DNA from: Cycas panzhihuaensis
Lineage: Eukaryota > Plantae > Cycadophyta
NCBI GenBank assembly: GCA_023213395.1
Contig: CM041465.1
Span: 205,227,741-205,291,740 of the forward strand
Direction: 5' to 3'
Length of the DNA: 64,000 bases
The notes beneath the pieces were generated by a model. That model was not told the origin of the DNA. It made no database searches and saw only the letters and a list, made by a program, of their open reading frames with translations. Below, one piece after another: positions 14,126 through 27,600 of the stretch; within the stretch, counting starts at the first letter, position 1, and each line of letters opens with the position of its first letter. The translations under genes and the position numbers were made by a program.

Positions 14126-14324
14126 CAACCGAAGGTTACCCCAGGAGAAACATAAACTTAGAGCCTAGTAGCATTTCTAGGTCCTAGTTCATTTGCTCAA
14201 AACTTTGAAAACCTTGGGATATATATTTGGAAATCATTTCTTTCATTTAAAGTTCTTTCAAATTTTCTACATTTAAATAGTTTTGCTATTGCATTTATCA
14301 CATTTCATACAACTTTAATTTAAA

Positions 14325-17300
14325 ATGACGTCTAGTTTTGGGAATATGATTATTCCTAAATTTGATGGAAATAATTTTCTTAACTGGAGTAGGAGGATGA
14401 GGCCCATCCTCATAGCAAATGAAATGTGGGATATAGTAAGAACTGGTTACAATGACTTAGGATCTAATCCAACTGATACTGAAAAAGCTACATACAAAGA
14501 AAATGTCAAAAAGGATAATGAAGCCTTAGCCCTTATTTTTTGCGCTTCGGAAGATCATGTTTTCCCACGAGTTAATGAATCCATTAAGTCCAAAGAGGCT
14601 TGGGATACTTTACAGCTTATATACGAAGGGGCTGCGTCATCTAAACTATAAAACTTAAGAAGTAAGTTCGAAAATTTACATATGATGCCTCATGAATCAA
14701 TAACTGAATTTATGACCAAGATTCAAGATATAGTTAACCAAATGAGGTCCCTTGGGGATACCTTAACTGAACAAAGAGTAGTTGAATGGATCCTTCGATG
14801 TATAGGAGCCGTTAGACGCTTTGAAATGGTAGCTACTAGTATTAGTGTATCTAAAGACCTAAGTACCCACAAAATAGAATAACTTACTGCTATGCTCATG
14901 TCCATAGAAGAGCAACAAGCTGCCAATTAAACTTTAGAACATGCCTTTGCTACAAAGGCCAACATTCAATCTAACCCTCAAGATGGCACCTCAAAACAAA
15001 ACGAATCTCCTCTTAGGCGAAAAGATGAAAACCCTAGAAATGAACCTAGACAAAATCCTCCACGATACCAAGCTCCTCATACTAGACAAGGAGGACCCCC
15101 ACGACATGAAAACTCTCCAAGACATTCGAACACTCAAAGAAACCTTAACCAACGAAGACAAGTTGAAAATCATTCTTGTTGTCCACATTATCATGGGAAC
15201 CCACAACCTTCTAGAACACCTCAAAACTATCGTGACCAACTAAGAAATAATCATACTCAATTCTATGAGGAAAGGGGGAGACCTCTCAAGTTTGATCGCT
15301 CTCCACCAAGGAATCAAAATCTTAGTTATAGAAAAAGAGATCAACTATATTGCACTTATTGTCGTAGAAATGGTCACAATGAAGATAAGTATTTTTCAAA
15401 ACATGGACCACCCTCTAGAGGACATGTGTCAAATACATCAGAATCTAAAATCAACAATCGGTTATTTCTATCTAGTTTTTCAGCCATAGAAGAAGAAGAC
15501 GATAGTTGGTACATTGATTCCGGTTGTTCCACCCACATGACCTATAAAGAACAATTATTTCAAACTTTGGATGTAAATAAGAAAGGGTCTATTATGTTTG
15601 GAGACAACACCTCTCACGAATCGATTGGAAAATGTAACATTGCCTTATTGATTGATAATGGTGAATATAAATATTTAAATGATGTTCTATACGTCCCTGC
15701 TTTAAAGAAAAACTTACTATCGGTAGGACAGATGATGGGACAATATTATAAAATAATCTTTGACAACGGCGAATGTGTCATTAAAGACAAATGACAAAAT
15801 GAAGCTATTGTTGCTAGGGGTATCATGACTAAAGATCGTTTATTTAAACTTACTATCACCCCCTCAGATACATATGCCCTTAGAACCACAACTACTATGG
15901 ATAGTGACCTATGGCATCGACGTTTGGCCACCTTAATTATACCGATTTAGCCCTCATGAAAAGCTTAAATATTGTTAATGGCTTGCCCCCTATTGATATT
16001 AATAAAGAGTTGTGTGAGGGATGCCTTCTTGGAAAACACCATAGAGAAAGTTTTCCAGTTTTAGCCATCGGGCATCGCCCCTCTTCAACTCGTATACAGA
16101 TATTTGTGGCCCAATGGCCCTCCTCATAGCGGTGCCAAATATTTCCTTACATTTATTGATGACTTTACAAGAAAGACTTGGGTGTTCTTTCTCAAATACA
16201 AATCGATGCTTTCGACCACTTTGTTGACTTCAAAACCTTCGTTGAGCGACAAAGTGGATATCATATCCTCTCCTTAAGATCAGATAATGGGGGAGAATTT
16301 ACCTCTAATATCTTCAAGGATTACTGTATCCAACATGGGATTAGGCGACAACATACCAACCCCTACACCCCACAACAAAATGGTGTAGCTGAAAGGAAAA
16401 ACAGAACTATCGTAGAAATGGCACGTTGTATGCTTAAAGATAAAAACTTAGGCCATGAATTTTGGGCTGAAGCAGTCCATACTGCAGTCTATTTACTTAA
16501 TCGATGTTCCACAAAAGCAGTTAGGGGGAAGACACCAGAAGAAGCATGGACAGGTTATAAACCTAGTATCCGTCACCTTAAGGTATTTGGCTGTTTAGCC
16601 TATGCCCACATTCCTGACCAAAGAAGAACCAAATTAGATGATCATAGTGTAAAATGTATCTTTATTGGATATAGTGAATCGTCAAAATCTTACAAAGTTT
16701 ATGATCCCAAATCCTGAAAAGTTATACTGAGTAGGGATGTCAAATTTCAAGAAGACACCTACTATCAAAATAACCACGAACAACAAAAGGACATTACCAT
16801 TAAGTTTAATGCATCAAATACAACCAAATATGTGCCTCCTATGTGGAGAAACTCTCTGGAAACTACTAGGGAAACAACATCACCTCAACCACCATCACAA
16901 CCCCTACCCAAATGGGTTCAACGCAATCATGACTTAGGAAATATATTAGATAACAATCGAAGATCTACACGTTCACACAAAGTTAACTTTGCTCTAATGA
17001 GTAAGTTACTTGAAAGTCATGAGCCTCAAACTTTTGTTGAGGCTAATCAACATGAGTGCTGGCAAAAAGCCATGCAAGAGGAATATAAATCTATCGTTAA
17101 AAATGACACTTGGGAACTTGTAAACTTACCACCAAGAAAGAAAGCCATTGGAACCAAATGGGTTTATAAGACTAAGTTCCACTCTGATAGATCAATTGAT
17201 AAATATAAAGCTCATTTAGTTGCAAAAGGATATGCCTAAAGAGAAGGTATAGACTATACTGAAACATTTGCCCAAGTTGCTAGAATGGAATCAGTTCGCA

Positions 17301-18664
17301 TGATAATAAGCTTAGCCGCCCAAATGGGTTGGCCTATTTATCAAATGGATGTAAAAAGTGCTTTCTTAAATGGTTATATCCAAGAAGATATCTATGTCTC
17401 TCAACCCCTTGGTTTTGAAGTCAGGGGGGAAGAAAACAAAGTGTACAAGTTAAAGAAAGCATTATATGGTCTAAAACAAGCACCTAGGGCTTGGTATTCC
17501 TGTATCGACACATATCTTAAAGATCAAGGGTTTGAAAGATCTCAAGCAGATCCAAATCTATACACCAAAATTAAAGGAAATTCGATATTGATCGTAGGAC
17601 TTTACGTAGATGACTTAATTTATACCAGAAATGACTCCCAACTTTTAAGTCAATTTAAAGAAGCTATGTGTAAGGAATTTGAAATGACAGACTTAGGTCT
17701 TATGCACTACTTCCTAGGATTGGAAGTGTGGCAAGATAAATAAGGAATATTTATCTCTCAACGTAAATATATATTAGACCTTCTACAAAGATTTAATATG
17801 ACAAACTGTAAACCATTATCAATACCAGCAGAAATTAGAATTAAACTGTCTAAGACAGATGACTTAACTTCAGTTGATCCCACTCACTATAGACAACTGA
17901 TTGGTAGCCTACTTTATTTAACCTCTACTCGACCTGATATAACATATTCCGTAAGTGTTGTATCTAGATTTATGTAGGATCCAAAGACATCTCACTGGCA
18001 AGCTGCTAAAAGAATCCTCAGATACCTTAAAGGGACTTCAGACTTTGGATTATACTACAAACCTACATCGAGTTTCGATTAAGCGGTTATACTGATTCGA
18101 TTGATTGGTGATATTGATGATAGAAAATCTACCTCCGGTTATGCATTTAGTATGGGATCAACAGTAGTAGATTGGAGTACAAAGAGACAAAATACCGTTT
18201 CCTTATCCACAGCTGAAGCAGAATATAAAGCTGCAGTGTTAGGAGCCTGTGAATCAATCTGGTTAAGAAGACTCTTACAGGATTTTCAAATTAAACAATA
18301 AGGTCCCACTAAAATTTGGTGTGACAATCAGAGTGCCATTCAAATGACAAAAAATCCAGTATTCCATGGCAGAACAAAGCACATTGAAACTCAATACCAC
18401 TTCATTCGGGAACTTGTACAAGCAGAAGAGATAGAGTTGACTTATTGTAGCACCGAAGATCAAACAGCGGATATTTTTACAAAGGCCTTGGGAAAAATCA
18501 AGTTTGAAAAATTCAGAGATGATTTAGGAGTCATACACATTGGGCTTATGGGGGAGAATGTTGGGAATAATCCCAATGTTCGTGCACCAGAGCGCTTAGG
18601 GCCCCTCAAAGCCGCCTTTGAGGGCACCTTGAGCCGTTCAACAGCTGCCCTTAGGGCACCTTGA
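14325..18664 (+). pseudogene. gag-pol: gag-pol polyprotein of B, interrupted by point stops and small frameshifts
   Basis: Gag (PKFDGNNFLNWS), CCHC knuckle (CTYCRRNGH), protease (WYIDSGCSTHMT), INT (LRSDNGGEF, YTPQQNGVAERKNRT), RT (QMDVKSAFLNG, LYVDDLIY), RNase H (TADIFTKAL). Confidence 0.97.
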
Positions 18665-18917
18665 GCCGTTCAACAGCCACCCAGACCGACCACTCATATA
18701 AGGTACGTATCACCGTTATTTATTTTTAATATTTTTTCAAACTAACCTTAATTGTTGTGCAGCTAGGGTGATGGCACCTGATGCCTCCCCGAATTCTCTA
18801 TTTAAGGGTTGGGAATACCTCCCTGGTGTTTATTAACACCGCCACTCTATTGGAAATTGCCGTTGTACTCAAGATGAGAACGTCGTGATGTCCTGCTCTG
18901 CTCCTCCGGCTCCATCA
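18559..18917 (+). repeat. 3' LTR of B (359 bp)
   Basis: TGTTGGGAATAA...CTCCATCA directly after the PPT, followed by TSD ATACA. Confidence 0.98.
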
Positions 18918-18922
18918 ATACA

Positions 18923-20290
18923 CCCTTTGTATACATCATCTAAGTAAGTAACCAACAATAATCCTTCTACCATCTTTAACCTCTTCAACAGTGTAATACT
19001 CCTATAATTAAGGTGATTGAGGTAATTGTTCTACAACTTAGTCACATCATCCGTGTTGGAAATAAAGGTGTAGGACTTCTTCTGAGACTGAAACGTTTCA
19101 AATACCTAGAAGTTGTCCTTGACTTTCCCAGTAGCTATGACAACAAAGTTTTGTTTTAGATCCTTAATTATGCATTTATCATCATAGAGCTCTACCTTCA
19201 TACCTTGTTTGTAGATCTCCTAGGCTAAAAGAATGTTCAATTGCATCTTCAGTACATAATACACTCTAGTAAATTTACCTCTTATAATGGAAACTTTGTC
19301 GATACCTTCTACTGACAAGATGCAAGCATCACCAAGGATAATATGAGCACCACTCTGATTTGAAGTCATCGTATCAAAGTTTTACCTCTGATAAGAAATA
19401 TGCTTATGTGCTCCAGAGTCAAGCACCTAATAATCTCTCTTATTAGATTAAACTTATAAGGCTTTTTCTTGGATGCAATGAGTAGTAATGTTCTTTCCTT
19501 TATCAGCCTAGTTGACTTTGCGCTTATCATGATGCTTGAACCAATAGTTCTTCTCACAGTGAACATCCTTCTTGAAGTAATTACATTTCTCGTTGAACTT
19601 CATTTTATATTGAGAACTTTCTCCTAACCTCTGTGTAATCTTCTCCTCCTTAGAGGCCTCCTTCCTCTAAGTTTTCATGGCTAGGGCCTGACTTGAACTA
19701 GAACCTCCAAGCATATCATGATGTTTGAGCTTGGCATCCTCCATTAGAATTAGATTTTTAAGCCTATCAAATATCTTTGCTTCCATCACTTCATCTCTAC
19801 CATAAATGTTTTAGAATGTGGCAAAGGTAGCTAGAAGTTTTGACATGATTATTATGAAAAGTAATGCATTATCAATCGAGTTCGACTTCAATTCCTCTAG
19901 CTTATTCTTCAAGTCCGTAATCTTGTTAAGGTAGGAGCTAATGTTATTATCATCCTCCACATGTGAGTTGAGTAATTCCAACATTAGTGCTAGACATCTA
20001 TTTGTCTACTTCTTTTGAAATATATCACATAGTTTTCTCTATATCTCTATTAATTCATCAAGATTATGAACCAATGCTCTCTGGTTCAGCACTAGTGATA
20101 GTTTTAATAGTCCCATGGCCATAAATTACTTCTCTTCAAGATGAATATGCTCCTTATGATCTAATGGAATCGCATCCACTTTCACATTAGTGATTCCCTA
20201 GAGTTGATTCACCATTAGAATAAGTTCCATATTAGCCTTCCACTCACTAAAATTGTTACCATTGAAGATAACTTTGTGCATAATACACTC
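18923..20290 (-). pseudogene. gag-pol: gag, protease and INT zinc-binding part of A
   Basis: Minus strand reads GNNFSEWKANMELIL near 20260, a decayed CCHC knuckle near 19570-19595 and LDSGAHKH protease motif near 19405-19425. Confidence 0.85.
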
Positions 20291-21875
20291 AATCTTGAGA
20301 AATGAGCTTTAATATGGGTTAAAGAACACCAAAACAAATGTTTGTAGGATATAATACACCCTTGCATCTTATTTTGCCTCATGAGCACACTTCCAAAGGC
20401 ACCTAACACTGATTATACCCACGTTAAGTGAGCCACCAATTGTTTATGCCTCCTTAACTATTAACAAATGACCTTAAATAGTCATTTAATGTCATAATAG
20501 ACACTAATAAAGGTTAAAAAACATGTGCTCCAAACTAAAGGATGGCTCCACATGGCTAAAGTGCATGGTCTCCAAGTCAAAATCACAAAAACTCTCCTAA
20601 ACTCATGCTCAAAATAAACGAAAAATACTCCAAATAGCTTCACAATAGATACATATCTAATATTAATGGTAAGGGTTCTTTTTATAATGTTGAATTATAA
20701 GAAGAATATGCTAAAAGGTATATTCTAAAAGTCACAACTTTAAAATATCACCCACACCTTTTCACTTAATGCACATGGTAAAAGACATAAGTCACATGTG
20801 AAAAATACCAAATGATGGTGTCAAAGGTTAATTTTTATAACAAATTAACCTTCCAAATCTCCCAAAGTGAAAAGAAAGAAAGCAACTGAAGCGATATTAA
20901 TGGATAAGTCCGCTCAGACTAGCCTACATCAAACTAGATCTACGCCTTAACACACAGGTCAACGAGCCTGTAAACTTGATCTGCGGCTGACCTCTGACTG
21001 GTAAGGATGTTAATACTCTACTTAGCTAGTACTATAACTACCAAATCAGCCCAAAAAATATGCCTAGTAGCCTCCCAATCACATCTAGTCAGCACTGCCA
21101 ATACTAAAAAAAGCCATCTGGAGCATACATCACCTGTAACTTCCTTCAAACACAAACAACCTACATACCATACATAGATATGGCTGCATATAGTACCCTA
21201 CTAGCTTGAAAAACCACCCAGCCACATGGAAAATAGCCACAAATGGGCACAAATAGCCACAAACAACCAGTAATATCTAGATGTAGGCTTATACAAGTAG
21301 TATATGAGGTTTTAACTCATGCAAGGATCAAAATTGCTTAATGAATAATGGATTCTAATGCTATGTACTTCAACCTAGCACTAAAAAAAGGATAGAAAAA
21401 CATCAAAATATGGCTCTAATCATGTCCACTAGTGCAAAGAAGAGGATTTGATAGTAACTCAGGCTTGTTTCATTAATAAACTTTGAGAGTTTCGACGAGA
21501 AATAAATTGACTTATATGTATATAGGGTTGGCTATCCTTGTAATCTCTGAATCACCATCAACGTATACTTGCTAGCTTGAATTAATGCTATAATTCTTCA
21601 ACTAGCTTCGGATGACTCCCAACGAGCCAAGTCCAATCACAATTGTGGTCTTCATGGCTGAATATTGACTCCAATAACCTTTATACTTTATTGAATAGTG
21701 GTTTTCACTACTTCAACTACCGTTGATACACTGTGATAGCTTTTGCATGTTGTTGGGGTTAATGGACCCTCGAGACTCGTCTTAGGTCAGATGATGTTAC
21801 CTAGCAACCAATGATCACACTGCTCCACTTTAACGTTAGGCCTTAGCTATGTAGGACCCTATGGCTTTGATACCA

Positions 21876-22250
21876 TATTCGAGAACATGAAATCATACAA
21901 AAATATTCCCAACTGTAGAATTTTTTACCATACATAACAAGCAAATAAATATACACATAGAAAATAGATGCACAATATACAGGATTTACGTGGGAAAACC
22001 CTTTTGGGAAAAAACCCACCAAAAAAGGATTCTTAATAGATCTCTTAGATTATTGCATAATGGATTGATACAATGATCTTAGATGTTAAATGCATAAGGC
22101 CTCAAGGCATTTATATTCTCCCAAGAGGTGTCACCCAATTAGGGTTGTGACCCTCCAAATAAGTCACACCTTTTGGCTTCTCACATTTTCACTTAATTAA
22201 ACCACATTAACATTAACTAAGTGGATTAATAATTAACTACCACATTAACA
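21876..22250 (-). repeat. 5' LTR of A
   Basis: Adjacent to PBS complement; ends ..cacattaaca; aligns to 7494-7863. Confidence 0.93.
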
Positions 22251-22252
22251 TG

Positions 22253-22907
22253 TTTAATTAGCTTTCATGACTTATGTTAGTTGGTAAAAGCTAAAGACAT
22301 TCATCTCCTTCCTTATAATGGAACTCCTTATTCGAGTAGAGTTATGGTTAGGTTATCTTCCTAAACTAGATGCCCCTTTATGCTGAGTGACACCTTTATA
22401 GATGGAATTATCTATGATAATCAAATATGATAATTTCATGCCTAGGTTTCCTTTCATTGATATTAAATATTTAAAACCAAAAAAAAAAACATGATAGAAA
22501 AAATCAAAATATCCAACTCATAAAACCTAATACATTTCAAGTTGGTTGAGTCAAACTAATCTTGATTTATTTTTAAATGAGTTCTTTTAATATTAATAGT
22601 GTAAGTTTTATTTTCAATCATTTTATTTTTTAACAAATAGAGTTATGTACTTTATTGCCAAAATGTTACCACTTTAGAAGGTGATTTTGTGTCATTTAAT
22701 AATAAAACTTATAATAAAACATTACTTTTCTTGAGTTATTATTACTTTATTGGAAATAGAGATTTGATAATTCATATAAATTTACTCATAACCTTTATTA
22801 ATATATGTACCAGTTTCATTATTATAGGAGACCTCATCAATGAAATTATGTATCCTTAACTTATTATATATCTATTTTGTACCTTGTTATAGGGTTTTAT
22901 CTCATTT
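22253..22907. repeat. Direct repeat copy 2 flanking element A
   Basis: Colinear with 6543-7198. Confidence 0.95.
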
Positions 22908-24619
22908 TACAATGTTTGAGCCATTGAATACTACCCTAATTTATCTTCTTAGAACTCTTGCACTTAAATAAAGTGTTATAATCTTAATACAATGAACTTG
23001 TGGTATAAGGCCTTTCCTTATATATTAGAATGTTCACATTCTCATACTTTTTAAGTTTTAAGATTCCACTATACCTTTCATACTTATAACCTAGTAGCTT
23101 TTGTATTTACATGTCATTCTTAAGTTCAATCACATTATTATATATCTTGGAATACTTCAACATTGGCCTTTACAATCCTATGCTTAATTGTTTAGCCTTA
23201 GAATTACTAACGATATGTATTCACCTCATTTAAATCATTCCCTTTGTACTTATTTTGTGATTTTTATACAACTCTTACTTCTGCATCTTACACATTTTGC
23301 TTGGCCTGCTTACTTTAATATGTGTTATTGCATGATAACTTCCTATTTATTTTGGTAGCCTTTGTTGCTACTTCCTACATTTGTAGTCATTAAAGACTAT
23401 CGATATATCAAGTTAAAAATTGTTATAAGTATGAAGTCAAGCCAGAATGTTGATATTTTTCATTCACTTCAAAATTAGTATCTATAGAAGTCATTTTAAT
23501 TTTTTCTTATTATTGATCTATTTGATTTTTCCCTTTGTTGGATGAGTGATTCACTTTTATAGATTCCTAGACTTTAGCCTCTCTCCAATTCTATCTTCTT
23601 CTATTTAAGTGTCAAAAGAGCCTTAGGAACTAGAAATAAAATCCCTCTCATGGGCCATATTTTGAGAATGAGAATTTGTCTCTTTTAATGTTAGTCATTT
23701 GTTTATTTCACAATGATAGCTATAAGTTGACCTTATTCCACCTTCCTAGAGTTCACCATACCTTTCTAGCATTTGAGGCTATAGGAACTATGCATTAAGT
23801 ATCATAATGGCCTTATTAATCACTAATGTGAAGGGCTTCTTCCTTTGAAGGAGAGGGAATAACACCATCTAGTATTATCTCATGAGTGAACTATGAGGTT
23901 ACAGGTCAAAGACCACTTTTGTTGAATAATATTAAAGACAATTAGCTATTATCATTTCTTTATCAACAAATTGAGTATTTTTCCTTTAACTAATGAAGAA
24001 TTAGATCTTCTCTATTTACTCCATTATGGATTTGTTATGTTTATGCTTCATCTATTTATTTGTAATTAGAATGAGTATTTTGTACCGAAATCCTTAGCCA
24101 CAATAGCATTATTTTATCTAATATTAATATTATTTTAGTCTAGTTCTCTTAAATAAGGTTGCATATAAACCTATACCCTTGTAATCTCTAGACTCCCTCC
24201 CCTAAGCTTCAAGTAAGATATCATTATGGAGTCTAATTGGCAATATTAAACCTACTATTTTATAAGATCTTACTTTACTTTCCTTACATATACAAATATC
24301 TTTCTCTCTTCTTATTTCTTAGGTTGTGAAGGAAGTGGGAGTTAGAGGGAACAACAACTACAAAGCCATAATCTAAATAACACATTTATATCAAAATATT
24401 GGTGGTGTTAAGAATAACTAGGGCCCTATAACTTAATATAAATAGATGGGATATTGTGCAAGAGCCCAATATCTATTGTCTTTGGTGTTTAAAAACACCA
24501 CTAAAAACTAATTAGAATTTCAGCTGGGGTTGGCCAAAGTTAGCTCCACTTATCTCAATGCTAACACACCTTTTAATAACTCAAATGAATATTAATCTAA
24601 TATTTTCATCCTATAATGT

Positions 24620-27600
24620 TCATTTAGGAATACTTTGAGCTTGTCTTTAAATTTGTAAAACTTGATCTTTCTGAGAGTTTTAGTAAAGATATCTGCTACA
24701 TATTCCTCTATGTTGTAGTAGACTAGCTCAACCTCATCAACTTATACCAATTCTATGATGAAATAACATTAAGTTTTGATATGCTTTATTCTTCTATAAA
24801 ACTCTGGATTTCTAGTCATTTAAATCATACTTTGGTTTTCACACAACATCTATATAGGACCATCCTATTTTACTTGTAGGTCTTGGAGTAGTCGTCATAA
24901 TCAAATTGTCTCACAAGCTCCTACTATTATTGCTTTCTACTCTACTTCCATAGTAGACAAGGATATCATATTTTGTTTCTTAGTACTCAAAGTTATAGAT
25001 GTTGATCCCAAATTGAAAGTATAACCCAATATAGATTTTCTATTATCAACATAGCTTGCCCAATTAGAATCTGTATAACCAATCAATTTGAAATATGTAG
25101 AAGACTTGTGATGTAGTCCATACCCAATTATACTTTTTAGGTATTAAAGGATTCTTTTTGCTACCTAATAATGTGATGCCTGAGGTTCTTACATAAATCT
25201 AGATACCACACTTACTGAATGCATGATATTTGGGTAAGTCAAGGTCAAGTAGATCAAACTACTAATCAGTTGCCTATAGAGTGTAGGGTCAACTAATGTA
25301 GAGTCTTCATACTTAGATAGTTTTATTTTGACTTTAGCTAGTATAGTCAATGCTTTATAATCACTCATGTTAAACTTTTGAAGTAGGTCTAATGTGTATT
25401 TTATTTAGGATATAAATATCCCATTTTCATCTTGCTAGACTCAAACCTAAGAAGTAGTATATGAGACCCAAGTTAGTCATTTTGAATTCTTTATACATAT
25501 CTTCTTTGAATTTCTATGAAAATTAAGAATTATTACTTGCGTAGACTAGGTCATCAACATATAATCCCACAATGAGTATTGAATCTCCTTTAATCTTGAT
25601 GTATAGGTTAGGATCTGATTGACTCCTTTCGAATCCTTTATCTCTAAAGTATTTATTAATCATAGAGTACCAAGCTCTAGGTGCTTATTTTAGCTTGTAT
25701 AAGGCCTTTTTAAGGTTGTAAACCTTGTTTTCCTCCCCCTTGACTTCAAAGCCTTTGGGTTGCTATATATAAATCTTCTCCTCTATGTAGTCATTTAAGA
25801 AAGTACTTTTAACATTTATCTGTTTGACAATCTAACCCTTTTGTGTAATTAGTCTGAGCATTAGATGTATAGTTTCTATTCTAGCCACTAGAGCAAATAT
25901 TTTATTTTAATATATCCTCTCTATTTGAGCATAACCTTTGGCTACTAGTCTTGCTTTATACTTGTCAATAGATGCATTTAACTTGAATTTGGTCTTGTAG
26001 ACCTATTTTGTGTTAATTATTGACTTGTTTGGAGGTAGGTCAACCAATTTCCAAGTATTATTTTTGACTAAAACATTGTATTCTTCTTACATTACATCAT
26101 TCCATTCCTCTTTAGTATTAACCTCTTTAAATGTATGAGGCTCATGTGATTCCTTAACTTATCTTATTAGAGCAAAGTATTATCTAGTATGTTTATTAGA
26201 TCATGATAGCTTTGGAGCCATTTTAGAACAGGTTGACTAAGTATGGAGGGTCTAACTTCATTGATACTTGATTCATATATATTTAGCACATTTGTTAACT
26301 TAGGGCATGAATCAATTTCCACTATGATATTCTTTCCCTTCTCTTTTTTAATTTCTACTTGATAACAATCATCTTCCTTGAAAATGGCATCCTTACTCAT
26401 GATTATTTTATTTTCCTTTGGATCAAATAGTTTATAGGATTTGGAGAAATTATAGTATCCTATAAATATATATTTGGTACTTTTATCATCTAATCATGTT
26501 CTCTTTTGCTTTGGTATATGAGTAAATGGTAAACTCCAAAAAAATTTCAAGTGATATATGCTTAGCTTATGTCCTATCTAAGCTTCTTCTAGTGTGACAC
26601 ACCTAAGAGCCTTAGTAGTACAACTATTTAGTAAGTATAATATAATAGACATGGCTTTTACCTAAAGTTCATGTCTAAGCTACTTGTCTTTGAGTATACA
26701 TCTTGTAATTTCGATAATGGTCTGATTTTTCCTCTCTACTACTCCATTTTATTATGGAGTATAGGGATTGGTGGTTATATCCTAATACCATGATAGGTGT
26801 AAAATGCTTTGAATTCATTTTAGATTAATTCTCTTCCATTATCCAATCTAAGGGTGAGAATCTTATGGCCACTTTGTTTTTCCACAAAGGCTTTGAAGTC
26901 AACAAAGTGCTAGAAAGTATCTGATTTAAACTTTAAGAAATATACTCAAGTATTTCTAGTAAAATTATCAATAAATATCATGAACTATCACCTCCTAGTG
27001 ACAGTATATTTATAGGTCCACACAAATCTATATAGATTAGTTGAAGAGGACCTTAGAGTCTATAACTAGTATCTAAAAGGCTTTCTCTATGTTGTTTTCT
27101 AAGTAGGTATCCTTTATAAATTTCTTTATCTACTTTTATAGTAGGCAATCCATTAACCATTTATATCCTCTTCATTAAGTTCAAGCTATTATAGTTTAAG
27201 TGACCAAATTCCTTGTTCCATGTGTCACTGTCAACTTTGGTGAAGGCTTTTAAGGTATAAGTGTTTGATGGAGGAATGACTATCTTGAATAATTTGATAC
27301 TAGTCATTTGTCCTTTAGCTACAATTACTTTATTCAATCTCTTATCTTTAATTGTACACTTTCCATTATAAAAAATAACCCTGTAATATTATTTCATCAT
27401 CTAAACCACCAAAAGTAGGTTCTTCTTTAAGGTTGGTATATATAACACATCATAAATGTATCTTTTTTTACTTGATTATGTGGTTATAATAATATTACCT
27501 TTACCATTAGATTCATGGGTAGTATTATCTCCAAATATAATCTTTCCTCTTTTAGTCTTATCAATGGTCTTGAAGATTTCTTCCTTATGGGTCATATTGA

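Larger units (their letters stand above)
10562..18917 (+). mobile_element. Ty1/copia LTR retrotransposon B, youngest insertion, ~3.4 kb 5' leader
   Basis: TG...CA LTRs 10562-10929 and 18559-18917; perfect 5-bp TSD ATACA (10557-10561, 18918-18922); PBS TGGTATCAGAGCCA 10932-10945; PPT ATGGGGGAGAA 18548-18558; complete copia domain order. Confidence 0.99.
7494..22250 (-). mobile_element. Ty1/copia LTR retrotransposon A (decayed), host of element B
   Basis: Paired LTRs ~7494-7863 and 21876-22250; reverse-complement PBS TGGCTTTGATACCA at 21862-21875; PPT complement TCCCCCCTTAA at 7864-7874; minus-strand copia domains in gag-PR-INT-RT-RH order (YVDDLVISG, LRSDNGKEY, YTPQQN). Confidence 0.95.

Noticed and set aside
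14128-14145. Resemblance of gaaggttacccca to a picornaviral type II IRES motif
   Set aside because: Short match, not conserved in the homologous region of C; likely chance.
23790-23860. G-patch-like motif in the gypsy PR-RT spacer
   Set aside because: Too degenerate to support by eye.
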